In this document: positions 1 to 9,756 of the stretch, piece by piece
Numbering within the stretch: position 1 is the stretch's first letter
Layout of the letters: each line of letters starts with the position of its first letter
DNA from: an uncultured Actinomycetes bacterium
GTDB taxonomy: Bacteria; Actinomycetota; Thermoleophilia; UBA2241
Length of the DNA stretch: 64,000 nt
NCBI GenBank assembly: GCA_963725665.1
Contig: CAVRZA010000011.1
Coordinates: forward strand, 512,001-576,000
Reading direction: 5' to 3'
Position numbers and translations under genes: made by a program
Notes under the pieces: model-generated
The model's database searches: none
Seen by the model: the letters and a program-made list of their open reading frames with translations, nothing else
What the model was told of the DNA's origin: nothing

Positions 1-1205
1 AAGGCGTTGTTCTCGAACGCCTCGACCTGGTTGGCCTCCATCATGGGCACATGCTTGTAGGCAGCCGCGTGAAAGACGATCTGCGGCTCGTGGCGGGCGA
101 GGATCTCGTCGACCTTGGCGGCGTTCTTGACGTCGGCGATCAACGGAACGCAGTCGGTGATGCGGCGCTCCGTCACGAGCTCGTGGTGGATGGAGAACAG
201 GCTCTGTTCGGCGTGGTCGAGGAGGAGCAAGAGGCTGGGACTCATGGCCGCGATCTGGCGGCAGAGCTCGCTGCCGATCGATCCGCCGGCGCCGGTGACA
301 AGAACGCGCTTGCCGTCGAGGTAGGCAGCGAGGCTCTTCAGGTCGACCTCGACCTCGCCGCGCCCGAGGATGTCCTCGACCTGAACGTCGCGCAGCTGCT
401 CGATGGTGACGGTGCCCTTGATGAGCTCGTAGACGCCGGGCAGCGTCTTGACGGGCACGTTCACCTTCTTGCACTGCAGGACGATGTTCTCGATGGCGGG
501 GCCCGAGGCGGACGGGATGGCGATGATGACCTCCTCGGCCGCGTACTCGTCGACCAGCTGCGTGAGGTGCTTGGTCGTACCTACCACGCGCACGCCGTGG
601 ATGCGCAGGTTCTTCTTGCGCACGTCGTCGTCGACGAAGCCCACCGGCCGGAGGCGGAGCTCGCGGCTCTTGAGCATCTCGCGCACGACGACCTCGCCCG
701 CGTCGCCGGCGCCCACGACGAGGACCTTCTTGCGGTCGCGCGAGAGCTCGCGCCGCCAGGGCCGTTCCCACAGCGCGCGGCTGATGAGCCGCGCTCCGCC
801 CATGAGCAGGAAGGTGAGCATCCAGTCGAGGAAGATGACACCGCGCGGCACGGAGACGTAGAGGGCGGTCTCGTGCGCAACGGCGGGGGTCTGCGTGTAG
901 CGTGCCACGATCTCGGCCGCGACGACCGCCAGCGCCGAGGCGATCACCGTCGCCTGCAGCAGGCTCGCCAGGTCGCGAATGCCCGCGTAGCGCCACCACT
1001 TGTTGTAGAGACCGGAGAAGACGAAGGTCGCCATCTTGACCGCGACCACGTACCAGAAGACCGTGGCCAGCAGGTCGGCGTAGCGCGCCGGGATCTCGAA
1101 GTCGAAACGAAGGAGGAAGGCGAGCCAGAACGCCAGCGAGACGAGCGCGGCATCGATGACGATCTGCCAGAGGCGGTGGCGGCTTACGAAGAGGCGTTCT
1201 CTCAC
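1..1205 (-). CDS. Nucleoside-diphosphate sugar epimerase/dehydratase (CapD/WbpM/PglF-like), runs off the left edge
   Basis: Not in the ORF track; translated by hand from GTG 1205 (GGAGA upstream). It has N-terminal TM segments, VLVVGAGDAGE, VEDILGR, VLVTGAGGSIGSELCRQ and VFHAAAYKHVP motifs. Confidence 0.9.
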   Translation of the reverse strand, partial: MRERLFVSRHRLWQIVIDAALVSLAFWLAFLLRFDFEIPARYADLLATVFWYVVAVKMATFVFSGLYNKWWRYAGIRDLASLLQATVIASALAVVAAEIVARYTQTPAVAHETALYVSVPRGVIFLDWMLTFLLMGGARLISRALWERPWRRELSRDRKKVLVVGAGDAGEVVVREMLKSRELRLRPVGFVDDDVRKKNLRIHGVRVVGTTKHLTQLVDEYAAEEVIIAIPSASGPAIENIVLQCKKVNVPVKTLPGVYELIKGTVTIEQLRDVQVEDILGRGEVEVDLKSLAAYLDGKRVLVTGAGGSIGSELCRQIAAMSPSLLLLLDHAEQSLFSIHHELVTERRITDCVPLIADVKNAAKVDEILARHEPQIVFHAAAYKHVPMMEANQVEAFENNA

Positions 1206-1275
1206 GCGTGTTCTCCGTGTCGACTGCAGAAGACGGCGGACGGCAACGTCGCCCGCCGGCGACACGCTCGCGCCA

Positions 1276-2325
1276 TCATAGCACCCGTCCGAGGCGCACG
1301 TGACGCGCGCGCAGACGCGCGACCCGCAGGATCTCATCGACGAAGAGCTGCGGGTCGCGCGTCTGCGCGGCCGCCGTGCGCCTGTCCTTCTTCGTCAGCA
1401 GCACGTCGCCGGCCGACGACGCCCGTCGCAGCCGCCCCTCGGCGATCAGGCGCTCGTCGACGGCGCCCAGGCGGCCGGCGAACATCGTGTAGGCGGGCGT
1501 GCCGAGGGCGACCGCTTCGCGGTTCATCGTCCCGCCCGCCCCGATCACGAAGTCGGCCGCCGCGATGAGGCTGAGGCCGTCGACCGCCGTCGCCGGCACA
1601 ATCACGGTCTTGTGCCCCAGAGACGAGTAGTGGGTCCGCTGCTCGTCGGTCCTGGGGATGACCACGAGCGTCACGTTGCGCCGCGCCGCGAGCTCGCCGA
1701 CGAGCCGGTCGAAGAGTGGGTTGTCGTGGCGGTGGTAGAGCGTCACCTCGGGAGCGGTGCGCAAGACGCCGACGATGCGTCGTTTGTCGGTGATTCCGAG
1801 CTGCTCGAGGATCGTCGGGTCGGGGGCGAAGTCGTGGAGGTAGTACTCCTCCTTGAGCCCCGGGTAGCGGAACACCTTGTCGGGCCGGGCGCCGTACGGG
1901 GTCAGGCGGGCGAAGGGGATCGCCTCCGGCACGACGATCTCGTCCACGAGACGCACGTTCAGGTGGTGCGACACTGCCGCGTACTCGTAGTCGAACATCG
2001 TGAGCTGGGGGATGCCCAGCGCCCATGCGGCGAGGGCCAGGTCGTTGGAGTTGTGGCCCACGGCGACGTCGTAGCTGGCGCCACGGGCCTGCGCGATCAG
2101 GTGGGCGGTGCGGCTGGCGAGGCCCGCCGCCTTGGCGGGGATGCTCCTGCCTGCGTGCTGCCCCGTGATCACAGCTAGGATCCCGTAGCGTCTGAGGAGC
2201 TGCTCGGTCTGGGCGTAGCGCCGCGCCGTGACGGTCACGGTGTGACCCTGGTCCTCGAGACGCCTGATGATGGGCGCGAAGAAGAGGACGTGGGGCGAGT
2301 TCGTGATGTCGACCCAGACCTTCAC
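1276..2325 (-). CDS. DUF354 family protein (GT-B fold, glycosyltransferase/epimerase-like)
   Basis: VWVDITNSPHVLFF N-terminus, YPGLKEEYYL and GAGGTMNREAVALGTP motifs; start moved to GTG 2325. Confidence 0.8.
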   Translation of the reverse strand: MKVWVDITNSPHVLFFAPIIRRLEDQGHTVTVTARRYAQTEQLLRRYGILAVITGQHAGRSIPAKAAGLASRTAHLIAQARGASYDVAVGHNSNDLALAAWALGIPQLTMFDYEYAAVSHHLNVRLVDEIVVPEAIPFARLTPYGARPDKVFRYPGLKEEYYLHDFAPDPTILEQLGITDKRRIVGVLRTAPEVTLYHRHDNPLFDRLVGELAARRNVTLVVIPRTDEQRTHYSSLGHKTVIVPATAVDGLSLIAAADFVIGAGGTMNREAVALGTPAYTMFAGRLGAVDERLIAEGRLRRASSAGDVLLTKKDRRTAAAQTRDPQLFVDEILRVARLRARHVRLGRVL

Positions 2326-2497
2326 GGTCCCTTCTTCTCGTGCCTCCTGCCGGCTCCTGCGCATCCGCGTCGCCCGTCTCGCCGACGCTCCGTCGCCTGC
2401 CGAGTGTCTGAGAAGGCGATCGGTCGTGTCCCTCGTCGGGTGAGCGCCCGTGCCAGTGAGCGCCTCTCCGTTGGAACCTCCGGCTCGACCGGAGCTT

Positions 2498-3595
2498 CTA
2501 CGAGAGCCCTTCCGCTACGGCGGCGCAGACCTCCCGCACCTGTCCCTCGGTCAGGTTGGGATGCATCGGGAGGGCCAGGTTCTCCGCCGCCGCCAGCTCG
2601 GTGGCGAGGAAGTCGCCGGCCGAGTAGCCGAGATATGCAAGCGCCGGCTGCAGGTGCAGCGGTGTGGTGTAGTAGGCGGCGCAGCCGATCTCGCGCGCCT
2701 TGAGCGCGGCGGCCACTTCGTCGCGCCGCGGCGAGCGGACCACGTACAGGTGGTAGACGTGGGTGAGGCCGTCGGGTACCGGCGGACGCTCCACTTCGGG
2801 GGGCAGGTACAGGTCGTACCACTCGGCCGCCTGCGTGCGGCGCCCGTTCCAGTCGTCGACCCGCGCCAGCTCGACGCGCAGCACGGCCGCCTGGATCTCG
2901 TCGAGGCGCGAGTTGTAGCCGATGTGCTCGAAGTCCTTCTTGTCGCGGCTGCCGTGGAAGCGCAGCACGCGCGCCTTCTCGAGGACCGCCACGTCGTGCC
3001 CCGTCACGAGGCCGCCGTCGCCGTAACCGCCGAGGTTCTTCGTGGGGAAGAAGCTGAACACGGCCAGGTCGCCGAGGCTGCCTGAGCGGCGTCCCTTGTA
3101 GGTCGCGCCCCAAGCCTGGCAGGCGTCCTCGACGACGAAGAGGCCGTGGGAGGCGGCGATCCCGGCGATGGCGTCCGCGTCGGCTGGCAGACCGAAGAGG
3201 TCGACCGGCACGATGGCCTTCGTCTTCGCCGAGATCGCCGCCTCGACCTTGGCCGGATCGATGTTCAGCGTGTCGCGGTCGATGTCGACGAACACGGGGC
3301 GGGCTCCCGCCTGGACGATAGCCTCGGCCGTGGCATAGAAGGTGAACGAGGTGGTGATGACCTCGTCGCCCTCGCCGATGCCGGCCGCGCGTAGGGCGAT
3401 GGTCAGGCCGTCGGTGCCGTTGGCGACGCCGACGGCACCGGCGGTGCCGAGGTACGCGGCCGCCTCCTCCTCGAAGGCCGTGACGTTGGGGCCCAGGATG
3501 TAGCGCCCTCCGCGCAGCACATCGAGCACGGCCCGCTCGACCCGCTCGCCGACCTCGGCGTACTGCCCCTTGATGTCCATCAAACCGATCGCCAC
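2498..3595 (-). CDS. DegT/DnrJ/EryC1/StrS family PLP aminotransferase
   Basis: ANGTDGL, VVEDACQAWG, SFFPTKNLGGYGDGG (PLP lysine) and GYNSRLDEIQAA motifs. Confidence 0.93.
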   Translation of the reverse strand: MAIGLMDIKGQYAEVGERVERAVLDVLRGGRYILGPNVTAFEEEAAAYLGTAGAVGVANGTDGLTIALRAAGIGEGDEVITTSFTFYATAEAIVQAGARPVFVDIDRDTLNIDPAKVEAAISAKTKAIVPVDLFGLPADADAIAGIAASHGLFVVEDACQAWGATYKGRRSGSLGDLAVFSFFPTKNLGGYGDGGLVTGHDVAVLEKARVLRFHGSRDKKDFEHIGYNSRLDEIQAAVLRVELARVDDWNGRRTQAAEWYDLYLPPEVERPPVPDGLTHVYHLYVVRSPRRDEVAAALKAREIGCAAYYTTPLHLQPALAYLGYSAGDFLATELAAAENLALPMHPNLTEGQVREVCAAVAEGLS

Positions 3596-3816
3596 GTCCT
3601 CACCCTTCCTGCACGACAGCGCGCCGGCGCCGGCGCAGATCGCCGGCCTCGGCGCGCGACTCGGGGCCAAACCGGGAGAACCTACCACAGCCGCGCCGGC
3701 GAGGCTACAGCCCTCGGGGAGCGATGCTGGCGGTTTGCGAGCAGCGCCGGAGTCCGCCGGCCGACGTCACGAGCCAGCACGCTTTCGACTGCGAGCTCTT
3801 GGGGTAGGCTACACGC

Positions 3817-4455
3817 GTGAGCTCCCTCGTCGACACGCTGGTGCAGTTCTGCACGCACGTCATCAGTACGTTCGGTCTGCCCGGCGTCTTCGCGCTCATG
3901 GTGCTTGAAAGTGCCTGCATACCCGTGCCCAGCGAGGCCATCATGCTCTTCGCCGGCTTCTCCGTGAGCGAGCAGCAGATGGCCTTCTGGGGGGCAGTGA
4001 CCGCGGGCGTCGCCGGCAACGTGGTCGGCTCCTGGATCGCCTACGCTGTCGGCTACTACGGAGGCCGGCCGTTCGTCGACCATTGGGGGCGGTACGTCCT
4101 TCTCGATCCCCGCAAGGTCGACCTGGCGCATCGCTGGTTCGAGCGCTACGGCGCCATCGCCGTCTTCTTCAGCCGCATGCTGCCCATCGTGCGCACCTTC
4201 ATCTCGCTCCCTGCGGGGTTCGCGCGCATGCCGTTCTGGCGCTTCACGCTTTACACCGTTCTCGGCTGCGTGCCCTGGGTGATCATGCTCACATTCGTCG
4301 GCACCAAGGTGGGCGCGAACTGGGAGAAGATCCAGAGACAGCTCCACTACCTCGACTACGCGGTCGTGGCTGCCCTTGTAGCACTCGTCGTGTGGGCTGT
4401 CTTGCGGCGGCGTCGCGCGGCCTCCGCGCGGCTCGCCGGAAGCGACCCCGAGTAG
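3817..4455 (+). CDS. DedA family membrane protein
   Basis: LESACIPVPSE, FERYG and FFSRMLPIVRTFISLPAG motifs. Confidence 0.92.
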   Translation: MSSLVDTLVQFCTHVISTFGLPGVFALMVLESACIPVPSEAIMLFAGFSVSEQQMAFWGAVTAGVAGNVVGSWIAYAVGYYGGRPFVDHWGRYVLLDPRKVDLAHRWFERYGAIAVFFSRMLPIVRTFISLPAGFARMPFWRFTLYTVLGCVPWVIMLTFVGTKVGANWEKIQRQLHYLDYAVVAALVALVVWAVLRRRRAASARLAGSDPE

Positions 4456-4473
4456 CCTGAGAGGATCCTGCCG

Positions 4474-4896
4474 ATGACGACCGGCTTCGCGCTCATCGAG
4501 CACACCGCCGATGTCGGCGTGCGCGCCTGGGGAAGCAGTGAAGGGGCCGTCTTCGAAGAAGCGGCCAAGGGGATGTTCTCGCTCGTCTGCGATCCTCAGA
4601 CGGTCGCCTCCGAGGAGACGCTCTCGGTGAAGGTTGAGGCTCCGTCGGCCGACCACGAGCTGCTGCTGGTCGCCTGGCTGAACGAGCTGCTCTATCTCTT
4701 CGAGGTGCGGCGGATCCTCTTCTCCGAGTTCAGGGTGCTCGAGCTGGGGGAGAGCACGCTGAAGGCGGAGGTCGCCGGCGAGGCGTTGGGGTCGCAGCAC
4801 GCCGTGTGCGGCGGGGTGAAGGCCGCGACCTACCACGGCCTCAAGCTGGCGCGCACGGACGACGGCTGGGAGGCCGAGGTCATCCTCGACGTGTGA
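4474..4896 (+). CDS. Archease (RtcB cofactor)
   Basis: EHTADVG N-terminus, VKAATYH and C-terminal ILDV. Confidence 0.93.
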   Translation: MTTGFALIEHTADVGVRAWGSSEGAVFEEAAKGMFSLVCDPQTVASEETLSVKVEAPSADHELLLVAWLNELLYLFEVRRILFSEFRVLELGESTLKAEVAGEALGSQHAVCGGVKAATYHGLKLARTDDGWEAEVILDV

Positions 4897-4980
4897 GGCC
4901 CGGGACCCGGCCCATTCCGCGAACTGTCGCCCCCTGCCCCCTTTGTGCGCTTGCTCGCTGCGCCCCGCAGGCGACGGCTC

Positions 4981-5009
4981 TTGCATCCGCACTCAACGCG
5001 GTGTAGCAT
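4981..5009 (+). promoter_or_regulatory. Sigma70-type promoter for the TetR gene
   Basis: TTGCAT (4981-4986), 17-nt spacer, TAGCAT (5004-5009). Confidence 0.6.
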
Positions 5010-5011
5010 TC

Positions 5012-5040
5012 CCGTACTTTGTACGGCTTACTTTGTACGG
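5012..5040. promoter_or_regulatory. Tandem palindromic operator, probably bound by TetR
   Basis: Perfect CCGTAC-TTT-GTACGG (5012-5026) followed by the near copy CTTAC-TTT-GTACGG (5027-5040), just downstream of the -10 box. Confidence 0.65.
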
Positions 5041-5056
5041 GAGAGGGTGCACGCCG

Positions 5057-5719
5057 GTGAATCACACTGGGGAAGCCCAGCGCCGACCGCTGTCCCGAGA
5101 TCGCATCGTCCGGGCCGCGCTCGACATCGTGGATCGGGAGGGGCTCGTCGCGCTCAACATGCGGCGGCTCGCCGACGACGCCGGCGTGCGACCCATGACG
5201 CTCTACCACCACTTCCCCAACAAGGGAGCGATCCTCGATGCCGTCGGTGAGTCGATCGCCGCCGGCGCCCTGTCGCGAGGCCGAGCCGAGGCGGGTGCGT
5301 GGCGGGACCGCGTGCGCGCCCTGTTCGCCGGGCTGCACGAGCTCATCCGGTCCCACCCGCGCGCCCTGCCGTTGATCTCGACGGCCGTCCTGCGCACCCC
5401 CAGCGGGAGGCGATGGATGGAGGAGCTGATGCGCGTGCTTCTCGAGGCGGGGTTCACTGCCGACGAGGCCTCACGCGCCTATCACCTGCTCGGCGGCTAC
5501 ACGTTGGGCCTGGGCTATGCCCGTATGCTCAGTCTCGAGGTGTCGCCCCAGGCCATTGCCGGCGAGCTGGTCGGTCACTGGCCGGACTACCCGAGCATGA
5601 TGCGGGTGGGGATGCGTTTGGCGATCTGGGACCGCCCGGGGGAGTACGAGCACGGGTTCGAGGCGCTGCTGGCGGCGCTGGCGCCGGAGGCGCCCACGCC
5701 GCCAGCAGCGCCCGTCTGA
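5057..5719 (+). CDS. TetR/AcrR family regulator with a tetracycline-repressor-like C-terminal domain
   Basis: LSRDRIVRAALDIVDREG...MRRLA...MTLYHHFPNK HTH; start GTG 5057. Confidence 0.9.
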   Translation: MNHTGEAQRRPLSRDRIVRAALDIVDREGLVALNMRRLADDAGVRPMTLYHHFPNKGAILDAVGESIAAGALSRGRAEAGAWRDRVRALFAGLHELIRSHPRALPLISTAVLRTPSGRRWMEELMRVLLEAGFTADEASRAYHLLGGYTLGLGYARMLSLEVSPQAIAGELVGHWPDYPSMMRVGMRLAIWDRPGEYEHGFEALLAALAPEAPTPPAAPV

Positions 5720-5757
5720 GTCGTCGGCGGAAGGCGAGCGAGAGCGGGGGTGCGCTG

Positions 5758-7206
5758 ATGAAGGTCAAGATGATCTCCCCCGCGAAGACGGCGCCCGACA
5801 GCGCCTTCTGGCGCTCGATCAAGTACTCGCTGTTCCCTCCTCTCGGACTGGTGACCCTCGCCGGCTATCTGCGCGACGACGATGAGGTCACCGTTCAGGA
5901 CGAGCACGTCGAACGCCTCGATCTCGACGACGAGCCCGAGCTCGTCGTCATCGAGGCTTACATCACCTCGGCCCGGCGAGCCTACCGGTACGCCGACCAC
6001 TATCGCCGACGGGGGGCCTACGTCTGCCTCGGGGGTCTGCACGCAACGAGCCTGCCGGCTGAGGCCGCTCAGCACGCCGACACCATCTTCCTGGGACCTG
6101 GGGAGGACACGTGGCCGGCCTTCCTGGCCGACTACCGGGCGAGACGACCGGAGCGCATCTACAAGTCCTGGCACCGTACCCTCGAGGGGGCTCCCCGGCC
6201 GCGCCGCGATCTAGTGAAGCGGCGCCTCTACCTGGTCCCGAACTCGCTCGTGGTCTCGCGCGGCTGCCCCCACATCTGCGACTTCTGCTACAAGGAAGCC
6301 TTCTTCAGGGGCGGCCGCTCGTTCTACACCCAACCGGTCGAGGACGCTCTGGCCGAGATCGACCGTCTCGTCGGCCGCCATCTCTACTTCCTCGACGACA
6401 ACCTCTTCGGCGACCCGCGCTTCGCGGAGTCTCTCTTCGAGGGCATGCGCGGCATGGGGCGGGTCTGGCAAGCGGCCGGCACGGTGCAGGCTGTATTGCG
6501 GCCGGGGTTGCTCGAGAAGGCCGTCGCGTGCGGCTTGCGCAGCCTCTTCATCGGCTTCGAGACACTCAGCCCAGAGAACCTGCGCGCGCAGCGCAAGCTC
6601 CAGAATCTGCGCGGCGGTCGCGAGGGCGCAGGCGGCGGATCGCCGCCCTACGAGGCGGCGATCCGCCGCCTGCACGACCTCGGAGTGATGGTGAACGGGG
6701 CGTTCGTCTTCGGCATGGACGAGGACGACGAGACGGTGTTCGAGCGCACCGTGGAGTGGGCCGTGCAGCAGGGCATCGAGACGGCCACCTTCCACATCCT
6801 GACGCCTTACCCCGGCACCGCGTTGCACGAGCGTCTGTCGGCGGAGGGGCGCATCGTCAGCGGCGACTGGGATCGGTACGACACCCGCCACGTCGTCTTT
6901 CGCCCCCGTCGCATGTCGGCCGAGGCCCTCGAGGCCGGCTACCATCGTGCCTACCGCGACTTCTACAGCTGGCGGTCGATCGCCAGGGGGGCCTGGAAGC
7001 GTGACCGCGCCGGCGAGAAGCTACGCCACTTCGCCTACACGACGGGCTGGAAGAAGCTCGAACCGCTGTGGGACTTCGCCGTCCGCAGCGGTCAGGTCTC
7101 GCGCTTCTTGCCCCTGCTGGAGATGGTGCTCAACGGGCCCGCCGAGCCGGACGCGCAGCGGCCGCAGCCCTCGACCTCGTCGCTGTCCGCCAGAGGGGTG
7201 GGCTGA
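5758..7206 (+). CDS. Cobalamin-binding-domain radical SAM protein
   Basis: N-terminal PPLGLVTLA...GGLHAT B12-binding-like domain, then SRGCPHICDFC (CX3CX2C), FLDDNL, IGFE and LTPYPGT; ATG 5758. Confidence 0.9.
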   Translation: MKVKMISPAKTAPDSAFWRSIKYSLFPPLGLVTLAGYLRDDDEVTVQDEHVERLDLDDEPELVVIEAYITSARRAYRYADHYRRRGAYVCLGGLHATSLPAEAAQHADTIFLGPGEDTWPAFLADYRARRPERIYKSWHRTLEGAPRPRRDLVKRRLYLVPNSLVVSRGCPHICDFCYKEAFFRGGRSFYTQPVEDALAEIDRLVGRHLYFLDDNLFGDPRFAESLFEGMRGMGRVWQAAGTVQAVLRPGLLEKAVACGLRSLFIGFETLSPENLRAQRKLQNLRGGREGAGGGSPPYEAAIRRLHDLGVMVNGAFVFGMDEDDETVFERTVEWAVQQGIETATFHILTPYPGTALHERLSAEGRIVSGDWDRYDTRHVVFRPRRMSAEALEAGYHRAYRDFYSWRSIARGAWKRDRAGEKLRHFAYTTGWKKLEPLWDFAVRSGQVSRFLPLLEMVLNGPAEPDAQRPQPSTSSLSARGVG

Positions 7207-7380
7207 GCGGCTTTGCTTCCGCCCCTCTTTCGTCGCTGCGTCCCAGAACGCGAGCGACGTGTAAAGTCATCGCCAGCGGGTATGCCCTTCAAGAAAGCGC
7301 CGCTTGCCCGGGTGCATGCCCTAGGCGAGGGCGGAGCAGGGCGGTGGCAGGATCGTCCGCCGCATCAAGGGGAGGGCACG

Positions 7381-8817
7381 ATGGTCGAGTACGAGCAGGT
7401 AGCTCCGTTCACCTACCTGCTGCCGGCCGAGGGCGACATGCGAGTGCCCGGCATCGTCTATGCGAGCGATGAGCTCTTCGCCCAAGCCGGCTCCGACCAG
7501 GCGCTGCAGCAGGTCAGGAATGTGGCCACCCTGCCCGGCATCCTCAAGGCGAGCATCGCCATGCCCGACATCCACTGGGGCTACGGCTTTCCCATCGGCG
7601 GCGTAGCTGCGATGGACGACCGCGATGGCGTGGTCTCGCCGGGAGGGGTCGGCTTCGACATCAACTGCGGCGTGCGACTCGTCAAGACGAACCTGACACG
7701 CGACGAGGTGCAGCCCCGCCTGCAGGAGCTCATGCACGAGATCATGCGCCGCGTTCCCCAGGGGACCGGCGAACGCGGCGTCCTGCGCCTCGACGAGCGC
7801 GAGTTCAGGCGCCTGGTCGAACAGGGCGTGCGCTTCCTCGCCGAGCGCGGTCTGGCCACGGAGGACGACCTCGAGCACACCGAGGAACGAGGAGCGCTGA
7901 GCGGCGCCCACGCCGACGCGGTCACGCAGAAGGCGGTCTCGCGCGGCCATACGCAGGTCGGCAGCCTGGGCTCCGGCAACCACTTCCTCGAGGTCCAGGT
8001 CGTCGCGGAGGTACATGACCACGAGATCGCCGACGTGTTCGGCATCCACGAAGGCCAGGTGGTGGTGATGATCCACACCGGCTCGCGTGGTTTCGGCCAC
8101 CAGGTCTGCACGGACCATCTGGCGCGCATGGCGGCGGCAGCGAGTCGTTACGGCTACGAGCTCCCCGATCGACAGCTCGCCTGCGCACCCGTGCGCTCGC
8201 CGGAGGGACAGGACTACCTGGCGGCCATGGCCTGCGCGGTCGATTTCGCCTTCTGCAACCGCCAGGTGATCATGAACGAGGTGCGCGGCGCCTTCGAGCT
8301 GATCTTCCGACGCGCCTGGCCCAGGCTCGGGATGGAGCTCCTCTACGACGTGGCGCACAACATCGCCAAGCGCGAGGAGCATGTGGTCGACGGAGAGAGG
8401 CGACCGGTCTGGGTGCACCGCAAGGGAGCGACGCGGGCCTACGGCCCCGGCAGCGAGCAGGTCCCCAAAGCCTTCGCTGCGGTCGGCCAGCCGGTCATCA
8501 TCCCCGGCGACATGGGTCGCGAGAGCTGGCTCCTTGCGGGGACCGAGGCGGCCATGCGCGAGACGTGGGGCTCGACCTGTCACGGCGCCGGGCGCCTCAT
8601 GTCGCGAGGGGCGGCGAAGAAGGTCAAGAGCGGCTCCGAGGTGCGGCGCGAGCTCGAGGAGCAGGGGATAGTGGTGAAGGCGGGCTCCACCGCGCTCCTT
8701 GCCGAAGAGGCGCCGTACGCCTACAAGGACGTCTCGGGCGTCGTCGCTGTGGTCGCCGCCGTGGGGCTCTCGCGCAAGGTGGCGCGGCTCAAGCCGCTCG
8801 GAGTGCTCAAGGGCTGA
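7381..8817 (+). CDS. rtcB: RNA-splicing/repair ligase RtcB
   Basis: MPDIHWGYGFPIGGV, DINCG, GSLGSGNHFLE, HTGSRG, HRKGATRA, HGAGR and C-terminal LKG; ATG 7381 with GGAGG-like RBS. Confidence 0.96.
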   Translation: MVEYEQVAPFTYLLPAEGDMRVPGIVYASDELFAQAGSDQALQQVRNVATLPGILKASIAMPDIHWGYGFPIGGVAAMDDRDGVVSPGGVGFDINCGVRLVKTNLTRDEVQPRLQELMHEIMRRVPQGTGERGVLRLDEREFRRLVEQGVRFLAERGLATEDDLEHTEERGALSGAHADAVTQKAVSRGHTQVGSLGSGNHFLEVQVVAEVHDHEIADVFGIHEGQVVVMIHTGSRGFGHQVCTDHLARMAAAASRYGYELPDRQLACAPVRSPEGQDYLAAMACAVDFAFCNRQVIMNEVRGAFELIFRRAWPRLGMELLYDVAHNIAKREEHVVDGERRPVWVHRKGATRAYGPGSEQVPKAFAAVGQPVIIPGDMGRESWLLAGTEAAMRETWGSTCHGAGRLMSRGAAKKVKSGSEVRRELEEQGIVVKAGSTALLAEEAPYAYKDVSGVVAVVAAVGLSRKVARLKPLGVLKG

Positions 8818-8903
8818 CGACGGCGGCCGATCGTGGAGCTCCAAGGTCGGGGCGCATCTACTCTGCCGACAGCGACCTAAAGCGCCCGTCGGCGTCCGTC
8901 GCG

Positions 8904-9212
8904 CTACTGCTGGGTCGCTCCGGTCTTCGTCGCCAGCTCGGCCTTGGTCAGCGTGAGGATGTGCTCGTAGATCTCGCGCAGCCCCTCGCTCGAGAGCGGA
9001 CCGCGGTTGGCGCGCGTCACGAAGGTGAACATCCACTCCTCGCGCTCGGGGTCGTAGAAGTCGACGCCGCGCTCATCCTTGTACTTCTTGAGCTGGGCGA
9101 CGAGCTTGAGGCGCTTGTTGAGGGCGTCAACGATCTTGAGGTCGTTGTCTGAGATCTGCTCGCGGAACTGCTTCATGACGGGGTCGACCTCGCCTGTGGC
9201 CATCTGCGTCAC
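8904..9212 (-). CDS. Chorismate mutase (AroQ/type II-like)
   Basis: REQISDNDLKIVDALNKR...K...YDPERE...GPL pattern. Confidence 0.8.
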   Translation of the reverse strand: MTQMATGEVDPVMKQFREQISDNDLKIVDALNKRLKLVAQLKKYKDERGVDFYDPEREEWMFTFVTRANRGPLSSEGLREIYEHILTLTKAELATKTGATQQ

Positions 9213-9216
9213 CCCC

Positions 9217-9756
9217 CTAGTCTTCGTCTTCTTCGGCTTCGTCGTCTTCTTCTTCGCCGCCGACCTCGGCCCCGCGGAAGTCGTCGGGCGTCACCTGGTC
9301 GAGGAACTCGCGGAAATGCTCGACGATCTCCTCGGTGTCGTCGACTTCGTGCTCGAACTCGATGGCGTTCTCGTCGATCAGCTCCTGCGAGGCGAAGATG
9401 GGGGCGTTCGTGCGCACCGCGAGCGCGAGCGCATCGCTGGGGCGCGAGTCGACCTCGATCTCGAGGCCGTCGCGGATGAAGGTGATGAGGGCGTAGAACG
9501 TGTTGTCGCGCAGCTCCGTCACCGTGATGCGCTGCAACTCGGCGTCGAGCTGGTCGACGATGTTGGTGATCAGGTCGTGGGTCATCGGCCGCGGCAGGTT
9601 GGTGCCTTGCATCCTTATGAGGATGGCGGCCGCTTCGGGGTGGCCGATCCAGATGGGCAGGAACTTGTTGCCCTCGACGGTCTTCAGCAAGACGATCGGC
9701 TGCTTGCCGATGACGTCGAAGCTGACCCCGTAGATGACCATTTGCTGCACGCTCAT
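9217..9756 (-). CDS. Bifunctional nuclease family protein (DUF151)
   Basis: LPIWIGHPEA, RPMTHDL, DSRPSDALALAVR and an acidic tail. Confidence 0.92.
   Translation of the reverse strand: MSVQQMVIYGVSFDVIGKQPIVLLKTVEGNKFLPIWIGHPEAAAILIRMQGTNLPRPMTHDLITNIVDQLDAELQRITVTELRDNTFYALITFIRDGLEIEVDSRPSDALALAVRTNAPIFASQELIDENAIEFEHEVDDTEEIVEHFREFLDQVTPDDFRGAEVGGEEEDDEAEEDED

Noticed and set aside
51-1568. Long + strand ORF (505 aa) and many similar long antisense ORFs, e.g. 7321-9036, 11460-12818, 29892-31871, 34304-36208
   Set aside because: These are shadow frames of real genes on the opposite strand, expected at this GC content, and carry no recognisable motifs.
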